Assembly (NCBI GenBank): GCA_029259175.1
Contig: JAPDJH010000001.1
Span: forward strand, 1 to 64,000
Direction of reading: 5' to 3'
Source: Hadesarchaea archaeon
GTDB lineage: Archaea; Hadarchaeota; Hadarchaeia; Hadarchaeales; Hadarchaeaceae
DNA: 64,000 nt
This document shows, piece after piece, positions 20,601-27,040 of this stretch; position 1 is the first letter of the stretch, and each line of letters opens with the position of its first letter. The position numbers and the translations under genes are program-made. The notes under the pieces were generated by a model. That model saw only the letters and a program-made list of their open reading frames with translations. It made no database searches and was not told the DNA's origin.

Positions 20601-21092
20601 TCTGCTGTCACCATCAGCTTCGCCCAGCCCGTCGACAACCGCTGGGTGCGTGTACGCGAGTTCGACCAGCCCCCTGAGAACGTTCAGCCCTTCCCCCACC
20701 GCGTTTTCCTTTACTTAGAAGTTGATACCAACCTTTCCTCTGACGCATGGCATCGGATTACCGTCACCGTACGTGTCCCACTCACTTGGCTGAAGTCCGA
20801 GCATGATCGCGATCGCGTGCGCGTCTATGGTTGGGATCCAGCAGAAGGCTGGCGGGAACTCCCGACTCACTTGGAGCGCCAAGAACACGGAAATCTCTAC
20901 TACTCGGCTGAACTCTCTCACCTCTCGGTTCTCGCTGTGGGACTCAAGCCCGTATCACCTGCACCTCCAACCACTCTACTAGCCCTTGTGGCCGCTGTGT
21001 CCGCCTTTTTGGGGATCTTGTGTTTCTGGCATCGTATGCGCTGGTCTAAGTTGCTCGGAACTATGCTCCGCCGAATTTTACAGCGCAAGTGA
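5664..21092 (+). CDS. Giant secreted cell-surface protein: C25 (gingipain-like) propeptide and peptidase, 4x LamG, FlgD-Ig, 2x Kelch-like propeller, DUF2341, FN3/Ig modules, Trp-rich repeats, PGF-pre-PGF-like domain, C-terminal TM
   Basis: Signal peptide; YVIIT, VLLGGD, DLYY, YVGR, NHLGHG (His ~7251), SQAC (Cys 7341), LFGDP = C25; FDGVDDYV...W.HV..TYDG...LY.NG...F.G.IDEVR.YNRALS = LamG; DLRF...YWIE...VWVKVP...YLYYGN = DUF2341; WRELPT...YYSAELSHLSVLAVG then TM. Confidence 0.9.
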   Translation: MSKLLALTIAAIILANPLAIFASTPISAAARQSPVVTYQSLDNTLVFPPPSTNNIQDISFTVDFGKLWVENLDNYHLVKIAGCGLWSGGEGEPTVPARTVLVLLPPDATISSVEVTALPTLSRALSEEIRLYPHQRPIPLHLLDNLKRRFVPPDPQIYSSSNPYPGQRGKLAFLTIDKGYRIAGITLFPIAYIPSQRRVVFYPKLSVHIKLKSAADARSLTRVKPLPGDDEQLRKLVVNPEILSTYSTITPTSAGFSTLASGDFAPTSTGSSASTEESSSLLPPGTYPYVIITSDELKNSGEWQPLIDRKNSRGLNATIVTVEWIYSNYSGCDNPEKIRNFIIDAHNTWQTKWVLLGGDDTVIPPRYFYVESWEGGYATYMPADLYYSCLDGNFNYDGDSQWGEPNDGPDGGEVDLYADVYVGRAPVASASDVSNFVSKTLAYEDFVPSPKYLAYMVGEYLGFGGVTEYAKPSLEEMRLGSDAHGYTTAGFVDSDNFTTQTLYEADSPWSKDDLINIINNGLRVINHLGHGNTDHAMKLDNPDLDSLTNTQYFFAYSQACLSGAFDVGEAWAEKVVRMAHGAAAVVMNARYGWGAVDSTDGPSQWFARQFWDAAFGEGIYNLGKMNSDSKEDTIEIRYNWECWRWCYYELNLFGDPELNLGQLILTSPPALTIDVEPELSNGETTITVSSTQDLTSLTVTVTAPDGTSTNVSMSEIAPLKWSGTYTVTQDGTHTVHAEGINAAGMVGTADATFVGDVTPPTIQNLNANPGSFNPDNGESTSITASITEQANWTLTIKESSEPQTPPYWRIGLENLVGYWRFDEGTGTEAGDSAGKNDGKIYGAIWVPGKLGSALYFDGVDDYVEIPDSESLDLTSFTVEVWVYPREIKSDYQPLIVKGEQERNYGLLIRPDEMRIHFSFKRTDGTWAASDSVGSLTLNAWNHVAMTYDGSKLRLYLNGQLDREVAESGTPMQSGAPVRIGKGISMFTPFKGMIDEVRIYNRALSTSEIEEYYENCIRVLRSFVGSDNSISETWRGIRDVEVWVQTSRADFEQGTLTDVDTATRPGDIRLAVESSNIWSSLPDLPQSLIISDDYKHCRHLLASDNFHTYFINNGYAANFYFGEYDRRFNSWTQCAFPPSFGSKGVLTTGEPAPDGRYVYYITNSGYFGKYDLSTDSWTSLTYPPEDSPYGVLTSDGTYIYYTPNSEDGDNVYRYDPGTDCWTLITRLPGCRMGDLIADGTYLYYIAYFGARGFYKYDPSTDAWTRLPDPPEYSDRGVLASDGTYIYYCLNSEAKFYGYDLETGSWTVLADVPYGTNYGRLASDGTYVYYAPICVSASKLYNFYKYTRVVYKSSGTYTSPVFDAGREVKWGTIHWSATTPSGTSLSIETRSSSDGVTWSEWQQCTNGGEIPSPSGRYLQYRANLSTSKINHTPSLHHVVVTYGSEASQGSYTIYADAVDLAGNLSSTASTTVSVNLPPEFTVKVSPAPSPGGSVTVEVVSNENLGATPSVKVWAPDNTSSEVAVNKIADCKWQGTYNVTQTGAYLVRVEGYDLSGLQGTAENIFEGDLVPPVISDLSAVPSLFTPDGDGENDETVITADVTEAVDWTIRIENSGGATVRTITGSNYDGLVGYWKFDNGCGIVADSSGNGAHGTIYGGATWVDGKYGSALSFDGVDDYVELPQLMTGVNNTFTLELWFFPRDNTAGELFVHRADWRDKILRWSQGGDQKVHFLLYVPNVEYRVSSGVLSLNTWYHVVGTYDGSTMRLYVNGEEVGSLDVQIDVDWSTGYYGTYIGADAYFNNRFFNGLIDEVRVYNRALSADEVKSTIRAVWDGRDDTGALLPEDNYTIRVEASDLAGNSAGTVSTKVTLGIPPELEVTVSPTLSRDNVTITVTSNENLIGAPSVVVRTPDFRWHNVSVTQVGERKWSGSFDVTQTGVHLVRAVGYDLLNLKGEAENTFEGDITPPEIRVKVPEITPGDVTITVESSENLQTLTVKVIAPDLTENTVEMSGPDLLTPAVVFYDNRYPTVWISAEEAKTCRDYLVSRGFEEMNADELKTFMETNGSGTVVVMAQDVVPDTVAKLCGPDVTIRRYLNRGGRIVWMGEVPFYYQGHADGSWTAWGEQGQENVLGVGHGTWDIGDLVTITSAGHEWGLKENWTSNRPANADNVTAVLASSSGGAAAWFKNFNSDYPTSGFVRIWDADVSLSPSLLADLYAIATHDIQLVRARWSGTYTATQEGTHTVNVQGKDFVGYENQVQVTFEADLTDPTVENLEATPSTFDPCLENTLITADISEPSDWWLSIIDNTRPAPLGSGAVGYWPLDEGEGTTAGDSSGNGNSGRIYGATWVDGKFGKALSFDGVDDYVEIPDSESLDLTSFTVEVWVYPREIKSDYQPLIVKGEQERNYGLLIRPDEMRIHFSFKRTDGTWAASDSVGSLTLNAWNHVAMTYDGSKLRLYLNGQLDREVAESGTPMQSGAPVRIGKGISMFTPFKGMIDEVRIYNRALSTSEIEEYYENCIRVLRSFVGSDNSISETWRGIRDVEVWVQTSRADFEQGTLTDVDTATRPGDIRLAVESSNIWSSLPDLPQSLIISDDYKHCRHLLASDNFHTYFINNGYAANFYFGEYDRRFNSWTQCAFPPSFGSKGVLTTGEPAPDGRYVYYITNSGYFGKYDLSTDSWTSLTYPPEDSPYGVLTSDGTYIYYTPNSEDGDNVYRYDPGTDCWTLITRLPGCRMGDLIADGTYLYYIAYFGARGFYKYDPSTDAWTRLPDPPEYSDRGVLASDGTYIYYCLNSEAKFYGYDLETGSWTVLADVPYGTNYGRLASDGTYVYYAPICVSASKLYNFYKYTRVVYKSSGTYTSPVFDAGREVKWGTIHWSATTPSGTSLSIETRSSSDGVTWSEWQQCTNGGEIPSPSGRYLQYRANLSTSKINHTPSLHHVVVTYGSEASQGSYTIYADAVDLAGNLSSTASTTVSVNLPPEFTVKVSPAPSPGGSVTVEVVSNENLGATPSVKVWAPDNTSSEVAVNKIADCKWQGTYNVTQTGAYLVRVEGYDLSGLQGTAENIFEGDLVPPVISDLSAVPSLFTPDGDGENDETVITADVTEAVDWTIRIENSGGATVRTITGSNYDGLVGYWKFDNGCGIVADSSGNGAHGTIYGGATWVDGKYGSALSFDGVDDYVELPQLMTGVNNTFTLELWFFPRDNTAGELFVHRADWRDKMLRWSSAGEDRRVRFMLFVPNVGYEVRSDPLPLNTWYHVVGTYDGSTMRLYINGEEVGSLDVQIDVDWSTSYYGTYIGADAYFNNKFFNGLIDEVRVYNRALSADEIKGHYEGCQRAFTGSGTSISVVWDGRDEDGSIVPDDNYKVRVVATDPSGRTGENEITVEVYGLPPAVENLEATPSTFDPCVENTLITADLSKQADWTLTVENLAPPENWWNPNWQYRTPITINNSGSALTNYQILITLDTASLISAGKLRSDAGDLRFATPDCIKLSYWIESGINTSSTKVWVKVPSIPAGTTTIYLYYGNPEATSESNGDNVFEFFDDFEDNSLDTSKWSKSGAFASNINEVNQHIEFYMPHSFDGNNYTVLATIKAANGQYWRWTYNHVNDMNAQSELLTLEFSEDGSTWTATWQWGRWSGNPQPDGVLDSSYNGIWEFKWNGTDTIEMFVNGVSKGTKTLNIQPKYMRLKHHGVDTTYAGNLQFDMDNCYSRKYSFPEPTTSVGAEEEYALEPNVIRYWTGSGTSISVVWDGRDQGGSVVPYGSYTIRVKATDMSGRQGTASAQVQVAKGIAPPPLVAPADGENLNDNTPTFRWDNTYVADNYELWVDDDINFGSPEVKENTVDNCYEITTQLAEGVYYWRVRAYQGESISNFSSVWSFRIDITKPAAPALISPREGTCGNDPTPTLVWGTVTENSLPVLYRVYVDNDPDFSSIERDSGWITDNQWEVTPALPDGTWYWKVQAKDNAGNVGDNSVSRSFIIDTSPPAAPILLAPENNAHVQAGSITFGWYSATDTGSGVARYWIQVDNEPSFDPTYFVYENDQVTENYLSLTIGSPGTYWWRVRAVDGAGNLGEWADNFRLDVCSWRSLESWSSPAQSRLVGWHSAELWIENIGSQSPYPGRPILHSPENAASVTQTVKLEWTNGANADNHRVEIDNDDNWNNGWYENVWVDMPENSVTVVLPYGTYWWRVVAVNQTGENTSENTWTFTVVAVWRVLEGWKAGTLTVASWKAPESWTGRARAVAFWQSPESWSGRLQSRRTNWRVAERWESEVQTVASCWSIVEDWSGAVRIAVSWGALESWSAQVNAKAPMWSSVENWTGRVTVRMLAWSSVESWTGQAGAKTPTWGAVETWTGQARAKLRVWSSIETWSGEIKVRAPAWSSIGLWNAQIKSKVSVWYSVESWTGTVQAPLAAPTQPVLYRPGDFRTLGAYEPIRFEWTNGANAENHRLIVDNSLGFDDGENVLDVTMIGDNSYLLSEGLAPGLYYWKVVAQNQAGENESGVWCFWTATWRSFESWIGQVGAKIPTWRTVAEWSGLAETAPLWRAIGNWQSSTLSAAPLLLSPANNTITNTPTVTLRWDNLCPVDIFWLQVDNDPDFSSPTIDNDNIGENSYTATLGDEVWYWRVGGYRSGNQLRWSEVWNFQIDTARPQFFDMSVPSSPTTETSLDYSGKVNGTGTDITWLRYSVDGGAWEPIVDISPALPAPEVSFSFNTGALSTGDHTIQIKAIDAAGNEKIYAHTVTIQEAGAPAPGPAPAPAPTPVPPVSFVENIEPYWHSRLPVTITAQASDADGTVTSVTLYYRYRANENDLWSEWKSFATDTEAPWSWSFTAPENDGHYEFYSIATDDGNNTEAPPETADTRCGIDTTAPIISSLLINEGAFFTTSPQVTLSVSAFDNGSGVDSIQLSTDLYTWTKWQPYSDSISFTLPTGDGLKTVYARVRDRAGNVSEVASDSIELHTESGVIFIEHAEENESPSCDFSQFGFSTSAVTISFAQPVDNRWVRVREFDQPPENVQPFPHRVFLYLEVDTNLSSDAWHRITVTVRVPLTWLKSEHDRDRVRVYGWDPAEGWRELPTHLERQEHGNLYYSAELSHLSVLAVGLKPVSPAPPTTLLALVAAVSAFLGILCFWHRMRWSKLLGTMLRRILQRK
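8229..10810 (+). repeat. Copy 1 of exact ~2.58-kb intragenic direct repeat
   Basis: Appears identical to 12726-15307 (offset 4497); minor ORFs in the track recur at the same offset. Confidence 0.92.
12726..15307 (+). repeat. Copy 2 of exact ~2.58-kb intragenic direct repeat
   Basis: Matches 8229-10810; a diverged ~90-bp patch follows, then near-identity 15401-15623 vs 10901-11123. Confidence 0.92.
18282..18876 (+). repeat. 12 tandem 16-17-aa Trp-rich protein repeats (W-x3-E-[ST]-W-[ST]-G)
   Basis: WRVLEGW, WKAPESW, WQSPESW ... WYSVESW; 5 more copies at ~17898-17970 and ~19173-19295. Confidence 0.85.
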
Positions 21093-21291
21093 AAGCGGGC
21101 TTCATCTTACGGCTATTTCTTCAGGGTATTTACTTAAATTCTTCAGACATATTTTTCATACCGATGTTCAAATCGGCAAAGAGTCGACCTTGATTTTTGT
21201 TCCATTCTTGGTCTAGACCAAAAATTGAAGCTCAAATTTTTTTGACGTTCTCAGCTCCCACTTCGCAGCGACAACTGAACAAAATCAGCAA

Positions 21292-22908
21292 CTAAGGCTG
21301 TAAACCCGCTTCCGCTCCTCTTCTCAGATTCCTCCATACAATAAATGCGACTGCCGCGACAAGGGCGATCCCGCCGAAGACCGCGACCCCGAGCGGCGGG
21401 AGCTGCGCGACCGGCTGGGTGGGCAGGGTCGTTATGGTTATCGTGTGCGTCGAGAAGCCCGGGATGGAGACCAGCACCTGCGCGCCCTTCGCCCCCACCA
21501 AGATCAGGTACTCAGCCGATTCGTCATCATCCGGGTTCAGCACGTCGGCGTAGTCGTCCGCCATCGGAATCTCTTGGTTGTCGAAGAGGACCCTGAGCTG
21601 TCCGGGCGGCAGGACCTCGTGGCTGATGTTGAGCAGGACAGTCCGCCCGCCCTTGAGGTCCGAGCTGACCTCGAGATCCACGCGGTGGTTCACCACGACG
21701 TTGCTGACCCTCACGCTCACTAAGTGCTCGAAGTCCTTGCTGACTCTTGGGTTGCCGCCCTCGACCCCGACGCTCAGGCTCGCGCCCACCCTCCCGGCGG
21801 CGATCGCCTGCGCCAGCAGGTTCTCCGCCTGCTCGATCTTCAGCTCCAGCTCCGAGATGCGCTGCTCAAGGTTCTCCACTAGCTGGGTGATGCTTGCTTG
21901 GTCGAGGGACACGGTGGGCGCGGCCTGCTGGCCTGCCGCCGGCGCGAGGTACTGTGCCAAGTTCGGGACGGGCGGCTCCACCTCCCCAAGTATCCTGCTT
22001 TTCACTTTCTCCGCCAGCGTGAGCACGTAGTTTTCCAGGCCGTCCTCAGACGCTCCGGAGAGCGAGACCAGCAGGTAGCCCGCCACGTTGCCGACCCTGA
22101 GAACCGCGTAGGCGTTGGACGGCGACACCCAGATCGCGCTGTTGTCCCCGATCACCTCGTGCTCCACGAGGTCGTTTGGGGTGAAATTGAACCCGAGATA
22201 CGCGTGCCGGAACAGCTGCTCGAAGCGCTCCCGGGCCGCGTTCTCGTCCGGCTCCACGAACACGTACTGGACGAGCTCGCCCCACAGGTTTTCGTTCTCG
22301 GGATAGAGCTTCAGCGCCAGGTGGTTGGGGTTCTCAGGCTGCGTCGGGCACCACTCGATGAGCAGCCTCCAGCCGGGCAAGTCCCGCTCGGTGAGCTTGA
22401 TCTCGTCCGGGCTCCTGCCCACTGGCTCGGTCGCTCCGGTCTCGCCCTGCCCGCCGGTTCCCAGATAGTCTCTGTCTGCGTACTTCAGGTACTCGGAGGG
22501 GTAGGCGGTGTGGACCCGTCCGCCGTAAGCCCCGCCACTGATCTCATAGTACGCCGAATCGGCGCTTTCGAGGATGAAGACCATGTAGACGCTGGCGTCG
22601 GGGAATGCCTGCTGGAGAGCCTTTTTACCCTCCTTAAACATTGCTTCCTGATTCTCCGTGAACTGAAAGTTTATCACTGGTTCCTCAGTCCATATGGCCA
22701 CGAGGGCGCAGTTCCACACACCCCACTCGTTCTGCCCCTCGTTGTACTCCACGTAGGTGACGTCCCAGCCGAAGTTTTCGAGGTAATCCACGACGTACTG
22801 CTCCTCCGGCGTAAGCTCCTGAGCCGAGACTGTGCAGACCGGAGCCAGCGAGGCGAAGAGCAACGCGATGACGGGGATGATACACAGGAACTTGTTTAAA
22901 TCCCTCAC
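21292..22908 (-). CDS. Secreted, C-terminally membrane-anchored surface protein
   Basis: Signal peptide, coiled coil, beta-rich C-terminal domain ending IPGFSTHTITI, TM plus basic tail. Confidence 0.8.
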   Translation of the reverse strand: MRDLNKFLCIIPVIALLFASLAPVCTVSAQELTPEEQYVVDYLENFGWDVTYVEYNEGQNEWGVWNCALVAIWTEEPVINFQFTENQEAMFKEGKKALQQAFPDASVYMVFILESADSAYYEISGGAYGGRVHTAYPSEYLKYADRDYLGTGGQGETGATEPVGRSPDEIKLTERDLPGWRLLIEWCPTQPENPNHLALKLYPENENLWGELVQYVFVEPDENAARERFEQLFRHAYLGFNFTPNDLVEHEVIGDNSAIWVSPSNAYAVLRVGNVAGYLLVSLSGASEDGLENYVLTLAEKVKSRILGEVEPPVPNLAQYLAPAAGQQAAPTVSLDQASITQLVENLEQRISELELKIEQAENLLAQAIAAGRVGASLSVGVEGGNPRVSKDFEHLVSVRVSNVVVNHRVDLEVSSDLKGGRTVLLNISHEVLPPGQLRVLFDNQEIPMADDYADVLNPDDDESAEYLILVGAKGAQVLVSIPGFSTHTITITTLPTQPVAQLPPLGVAVFGGIALVAAVAFIVWRNLRRGAEAGLQP

Positions 22909-23516
22909 TTCCGATCCGCCCCCAGCTTCGGCTTCAGATCGCGGATAAGCTCTCCGACGAAGGGCCCCTCGAAGCGCAGCATGACCTCGCCCCGCTCATC
23001 CCAGCGCGACAGCACGTTCGCGGAGCCGACGTACGCCACGCGCTCCCCGATCACCACGGCCTTTTCGTGCATGCAGGGCACGAACTCCACTCGCAGCCCG
23101 AGTTCCTTCAGTTCCCTCACGCACCGCTCGTGCCACTCACGCCTGCTGTGCTTCCATTCCGGCCTGCGCTCGTCCGGGATGTCCTCGGGCGGGCGTGTGT
23201 AGACGACCTTTTCATCCGCGCGCGAGTCCCTCAGATCCGGGCCTAGATCCTTGACGGTGTCTAGGTGCAGGAACGGGCTGTAGACCTCGATCCTCGTTAC
23301 GGCCGCGTGCTGCAGGTCCTCCTTGAGTTTCTGGTAGAACCCGTCACGGTCTAGCACCTCGGGGTTCAGGAGCGAGGCCAGCAGCTCACGGAGCCTCGGG
23401 CAGCCGTCGAGCAGGGCGCGCAGGAAGGGGTAGCCCTCCCGATCCAGTATGTAAGATATCTGTTCCGGCAGCCCCTCGTCCAGCAGCTTCCGGATCAGCT
23501 CCCCGGCCAGCATCAC
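22905..23516 (-). CDS. Phospholipase D-like (single HKD-type) nuclease domain protein
   Basis: YSPFL, MHEKAVVI...YVGSAN, E.M motifs. Confidence 0.8.
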   Translation of the reverse strand: MMLAGELIRKLLDEGLPEQISYILDREGYPFLRALLDGCPRLRELLASLLNPEVLDRDGFYQKLKEDLQHAAVTRIEVYSPFLHLDTVKDLGPDLRDSRADEKVVYTRPPEDIPDERRPEWKHSRREWHERCVRELKELGLRVEFVPCMHEKAVVIGERVAYVGSANVLSRWDERGEVMLRFEGPFVGELIRDLKPKLGADRK

Positions 23517-23605
23517 TACACTCTAGAAGTCCAACTATTTGAACCTTGTCCATCTTATGGTGATATTTCCTTTTGAGCGGTCCCGGTCCAGTCTCATCGA
23601 TCCAG

Positions 23606-23872
23606 ATGCGGATTTCGGGTGTGCTTGAGATCCCGGCCGTGCGCGTCCTGCTGCACCTGCACGAGCGGGGAGAGGCCCGCTACTCCGAGCTGCTGGACCT
23701 GCTCGGGAGTCGCGGGACGCTCGGCCTCAGCCTGCGCGACCTTGAGGCGGAGGGCCTAATCGAGCGCCGCGTGGTCGAGTCGAGGCCGGTGCGTGTGTAC
23801 TACCGGCTGACCGAGCGCGGGAGGCGGGCCGCGAAGCACCTCGCCGGGCTGAAGCAGATCCTGAAGGCGTGA
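23606..23872 (+). CDS. HxlR-family winged-helix regulator
   Basis: RYSELL...SRGTL...LRDLEAEGLIER...PVRVYYRLTERG. Confidence 0.85.
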   Translation: MRISGVLEIPAVRVLLHLHERGEARYSELLDLLGSRGTLGLSLRDLEAEGLIERRVVESRPVRVYYRLTERGRRAAKHLAGLKQILKA

Positions 23873-24022
23873 GACCCCGAGTGGAAAACCTCATTCTGCA
23901 TGTCGAAACGACCGCCAAAAGCCTCCCAGCCACTCCGCTGCCGGGGCGTCCCGTATGCCGTCGGACGTGATCACGAACTTCGCGATCTTCTTCCACAGTC
24001 GCGCAGCTCTCGGTGGTCACCC

Positions 24023-24256
24023 TCACCGGCGCGGGATCACCCTAAGCGCACGCACAGCTCCGAGGACGAGGAACAGCCCAGCAAGCACGAGGATGAGGGA
24101 GAAGACCACGGGGTCGGCCACGAGCAGGATCAGCAGGCGCCAGCCCCCCCAGAGCACCAGCCCGACTCCAGCGATGCCGAGGAGCAGCGCGGCCAGCAGG
24201 GCAAGGAAGAGTTCGAGCAGCTCCGCCAAGCAGCGGGCGGCCAGCCTGACGAGCAC
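24023..24256 (-). CDS. Small hydrophobic membrane protein
   Basis: 77 aa, two TM segments, abuts the upstream gene. Confidence 0.5.
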   Translation of the reverse strand: MLVRLAARCLAELLELFLALLAALLLGIAGVGLVLWGGWRLLILLVADPVVFSLILVLAGLFLVLGAVRALRVIPRR

Positions 24257-24484
24257 CTACCTCTCCTCCCTGGGCTCGGTCTCCTCGAGGTACCTGCGCA
24301 GCGCCTTTTCTATGATGCCCGCGAGCGTCGCCCCCTCCTCGAGCGCCCTGATCTTGGCGGCCTTCCACACGTCGTATGCGATCTTGATCGTGGTCGTCGC
24401 GAGCCGCTCGGCCTGCCTCGCCACCTCGACGGCCCCCTCAGCCGCGACCTCAGCCGGACGCTTCCGCTTCGCCACCGTATTCAC
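24257..24484 (-). CDS. Ribbon-helix-helix (CopG-like) DNA-binding protein
   Basis: TTTIKIAYDVWKAAKIRALEEGATLAGIIEKALRRYL; GGAGGTGA RBS. Confidence 0.7.
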   Translation of the reverse strand: MNTVAKRKRPAEVAAEGAVEVARQAERLATTTIKIAYDVWKAAKIRALEEGATLAGIIEKALRRYLEETEPREER

Positions 24485-24848
24485 CTCCTTCTCCTATCTT
24501 CACGTTCCCGGATTTGAGCTTGGGCACGGCCCCCCACGTAAGCTGCGAGTCCAGGAAGCCGATCTTCAGCGCGGGGAAGGGGGGAGACGGTCCGCGCGGG
24601 AAGCCGGCCTTCACCTCGCGGAACTCGAAGCCGTTCCCCTCGGCCAGAGCGATGAGCTTCCGAAACCTTTCCGAGTCCACCCACCGCTCCCCGGTGTCGC
24701 AGAGGTAGTAGATCGTCTTCTGCCCCTCGATGTGGGAGTAGCACCAGCTGACCTCAGCCCGGATCCCAGCCCGCTCCGCGAGCCCGCGCAGGAGCTCCGC
24801 CTTGGCTTCCGGTGTAGGCTCACGCATGCTTTCCCTCCAGCGGTACAA
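24450..24848 (-). CDS. Hypothetical protein of the integrated element
   Basis: Part of a chain of overlapping minus-strand ORFs; loosely resembles the neighbouring ORF (FRKL..LA...GF). Confidence 0.45.
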   Translation of the reverse strand: MYRWRESMREPTPEAKAELLRGLAERAGIRAEVSWCYSHIEGQKTIYYLCDTGERWVDSERFRKLIALAEGNGFEFREVKAGFPRGPSPPFPALKIGFLDSQLTWGAVPKLKSGNVKIGEGGEYGGEAEASG

Positions 24849-25158
24849 ACTCTAACCTGAACCCGAAGCGCGCGTCGCGGAAGATTATGGTGAGATCTGG
24901 GCGGGGCTCCATAATCCAGTCCACCCCAACGCTCTCGAGCACGAAGCCAGCGCGCCGCGCGAGCCGCTCCAGCTCCCGCAGTTTTCGAAAGTCGACCGCA
25001 CGCCGCGTTCGGTATCGTAGCACCAGGTGCCTGCGCCCATCTCCCGTGGGGCGCCGCCCGAGCCCTTCTATGCTCTCCTTGGGGATCTCGCACCCGCTCC
25101 ACCGCTCGAGCACCGCGCGCAGGGTCTCGACCCGGTCCTCGGGGCTCAGCCGCCTCAT
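24820..25158 (-). CDS. Hypothetical protein of the integrated element
   Basis: 112 aa, downstream of an AT-rich divergent promoter region (25160-25210). Confidence 0.5.
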   Translation of the reverse strand: MRRLSPEDRVETLRAVLERWSGCEIPKESIEGLGRRPTGDGRRHLVLRYRTRRAVDFRKLRELERLARRAGFVLESVGVDWIMEPRPDLTIIFRDARFGFRLEFVPLEGKHA

Positions 25159-25233
25159 CGATATTATGTTTACGCAAACATTTATTTAAACATTTCGAGA
25201 AACATAATTCTGGGAGTGCCGGAGGGTCCGGCC

Positions 25234-25716
25234 ATGCCTGAAAGGCCACAGCACCACGAGAGGTCAACTCGACCGGACAGCACGCCCGACTGGCGCTCCA
25301 TCCTCAGCTCGTGCGAGCCGGGGATACGCGACTTGGTGGCGGCCTTGTGGAGGCTCGGGATCGAGACCGGTGCGTCGTGCGAGGGGCACATACCGCCCGC
25401 GTTCGCCCGCGGACCCTTCCCGTACGTCGTGTTCGACGCGAGAGAGAAAAACCTCCAGCGCCTGCGCAAACTCTTCGCGGTGCTCCGCGAGTTCAACGCC
25501 AAGAGCGCGGTCAGGTAGTCCGTGAAGGAGTGGTGGTGGGAGAGACCGATTGGCTCCGACAGACTCCAAGACTTGGCCGTGAAAAAGACGCTCTTGATGC
25601 TCTGCCCGGAAGACCCGGCAGCGGGTGCCGAGGAGCTGGAACTCCAGCGGAGGAGCGCGCGGGAACTGGCATCGTTCATCATCCTGAAAATCCAGCAGCA
25701 GGACAATTCGTCCTGA
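25234..25716 (+). pseudogene. Hypothetical protein (GIETGASCEGH motif) split by an in-frame TAG
   Basis: ORFs ending 25518 and starting 25522 share a frame: ...GTC AGG TAG TCC GTG AAG... Confidence 0.55.
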
Positions 25717-25744
25717 CTTGCCGCTGATGATTTGCTCAAAAAAA

Positions 25745-26620
25745 TCACCACGCGAGCAGGCGGGAAAGCTTGGACTCGAACGAGTGCACGATTTCCGCCT
25801 CGCTCCACCCGGCCTCGAGCAGCTCCACCGCCTCGGCCTCGAGCCGCGCGGCGAGCCCGGCGAGAACCCCCTCGACCAAGCGCCGAGCCTGGAGCTTCCG
25901 CTCCCTGCGCTCCAGTACCTCGCGCGGCACCAGCCTGCGCAGCTCCCGCTCGAGTATCCGCCTCAGCAGGTCGGGCGGCATCGCCTCGATCTCCCAGCAC
26001 CGGTCGCCGTAGCGCCTGATGTACTCCTTGGCCCGGGAGTCGCGGCGGTTCACGGGAACCGAGGGTAGGCGGTACCGCTGGATCTGCTCCCAAGTGAGCG
26101 CTATGCGCCTTATAGGGATCCCAGTCTCGCGCTCGCTGACGCGGTCGATGAGCAGGCCCGAGGGGTCGAAGTCGCCGATGTAAAGCACGATCAGCTTCCC
26201 CCGCCGGCGCGCCCGCTCGAGCGCGTCGCGCAGGGCGCTTAGGGAGGGGAAGCCGTGCAGCAGGACTATGGAGGCCCCGAACCGCATGGCGATGTCGCGG
26301 ATGATTCCGATGAAATCTTTCTCGCACCAGATCTCGATCCCGGTGGGCTCGGGCGGCTCGATGACTATCCGCGTGCGGTCCACGATGCGGGCGTGCAGCC
26401 ATGGGTGGAGCCTGCGGAGCTTGCCCACTCGGTATACAACTTTTTTATAAAACCGGTGCCCGGCCTCGTACGAGAACTTAGAGATAAGGATGTAGTAAAT
26501 GTGACGCACGGTGAACACGACCAGCTCGATCGCGATGGCCAGAATGCGTTCTTCAAGCAGGCGGGAGCCCCTGCCCTTTGTCCCCACCCAGGCACACCAC
26601 GACTTGCTGTTCCTCCGCAA
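25745..26620 (-). CDS. Spo11/topoisomerase VI-A-like protein (WHD plus TOPRIM; Mini-A-like)
   Basis: TVRHIYY catalytic-Tyr motif, EIWCEKD, GFPS, LYIGDFDPSG, WEIEA; no Top6B partner nearby; start may be CTG 26641 after GGAGGTGA. Confidence 0.8.
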   Translation of the reverse strand: MRRNSKSWCAWVGTKGRGSRLLEERILAIAIELVVFTVRHIYYILISKFSYEAGHRFYKKVVYRVGKLRRLHPWLHARIVDRTRIVIEPPEPTGIEIWCEKDFIGIIRDIAMRFGASIVLLHGFPSLSALRDALERARRRGKLIVLYIGDFDPSGLLIDRVSERETGIPIRRIALTWEQIQRYRLPSVPVNRRDSRAKEYIRRYGDRCWEIEAMPPDLLRRILERELRRLVPREVLERRERKLQARRLVEGVLAGLAARLEAEAVELLEAGWSEAEIVHSFESKLSRLLAW

Positions 26621-27040
26621 ATGCTTTCGATTTTTGTTCAGGGCGCATCACCTCCGAGCGACAAGTGCATACCCGCTTTGCCGTTCTTTGAGAGCAGATC
26701 ATCGATCCTCAAGCCCGTTCTTTCTGACGAACCTTCACGAATCGGGACCCAAAAGTAGAGCTCGATAACTATTTCATCGCCACAGGTTTCTCTCACGACG
26801 CCGACGATTTCCGCCCGGAGGGAACAACGATCCCATCCGGACTCCGAAAAGTGTACTTGGTTTGAGGACTCTATGCTCGTGAGTGGAAGATAAGCAGCCT
26901 TACCATGTCCGTGACACAAACGGGGGCGAGTAGCGGACTCGTGGTTCCCAAGTATCCGCCCTTCCGACTCGGTCGCACGCTCACCCCGTGTTCCATGTTC
27001 TTTCCCCGCCTTCCAACGGAATGGTATCCGCCCTGCTCGC

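Noticed and set aside
21898-22899. Long alternative-frame ORFs (e.g. 21898-22899, 23955-24860, 25182-26402, 36115-37131, 37029-37886)
   Set aside because: Shadows of well-supported genes in GC-rich DNA; no recognisable motifs.
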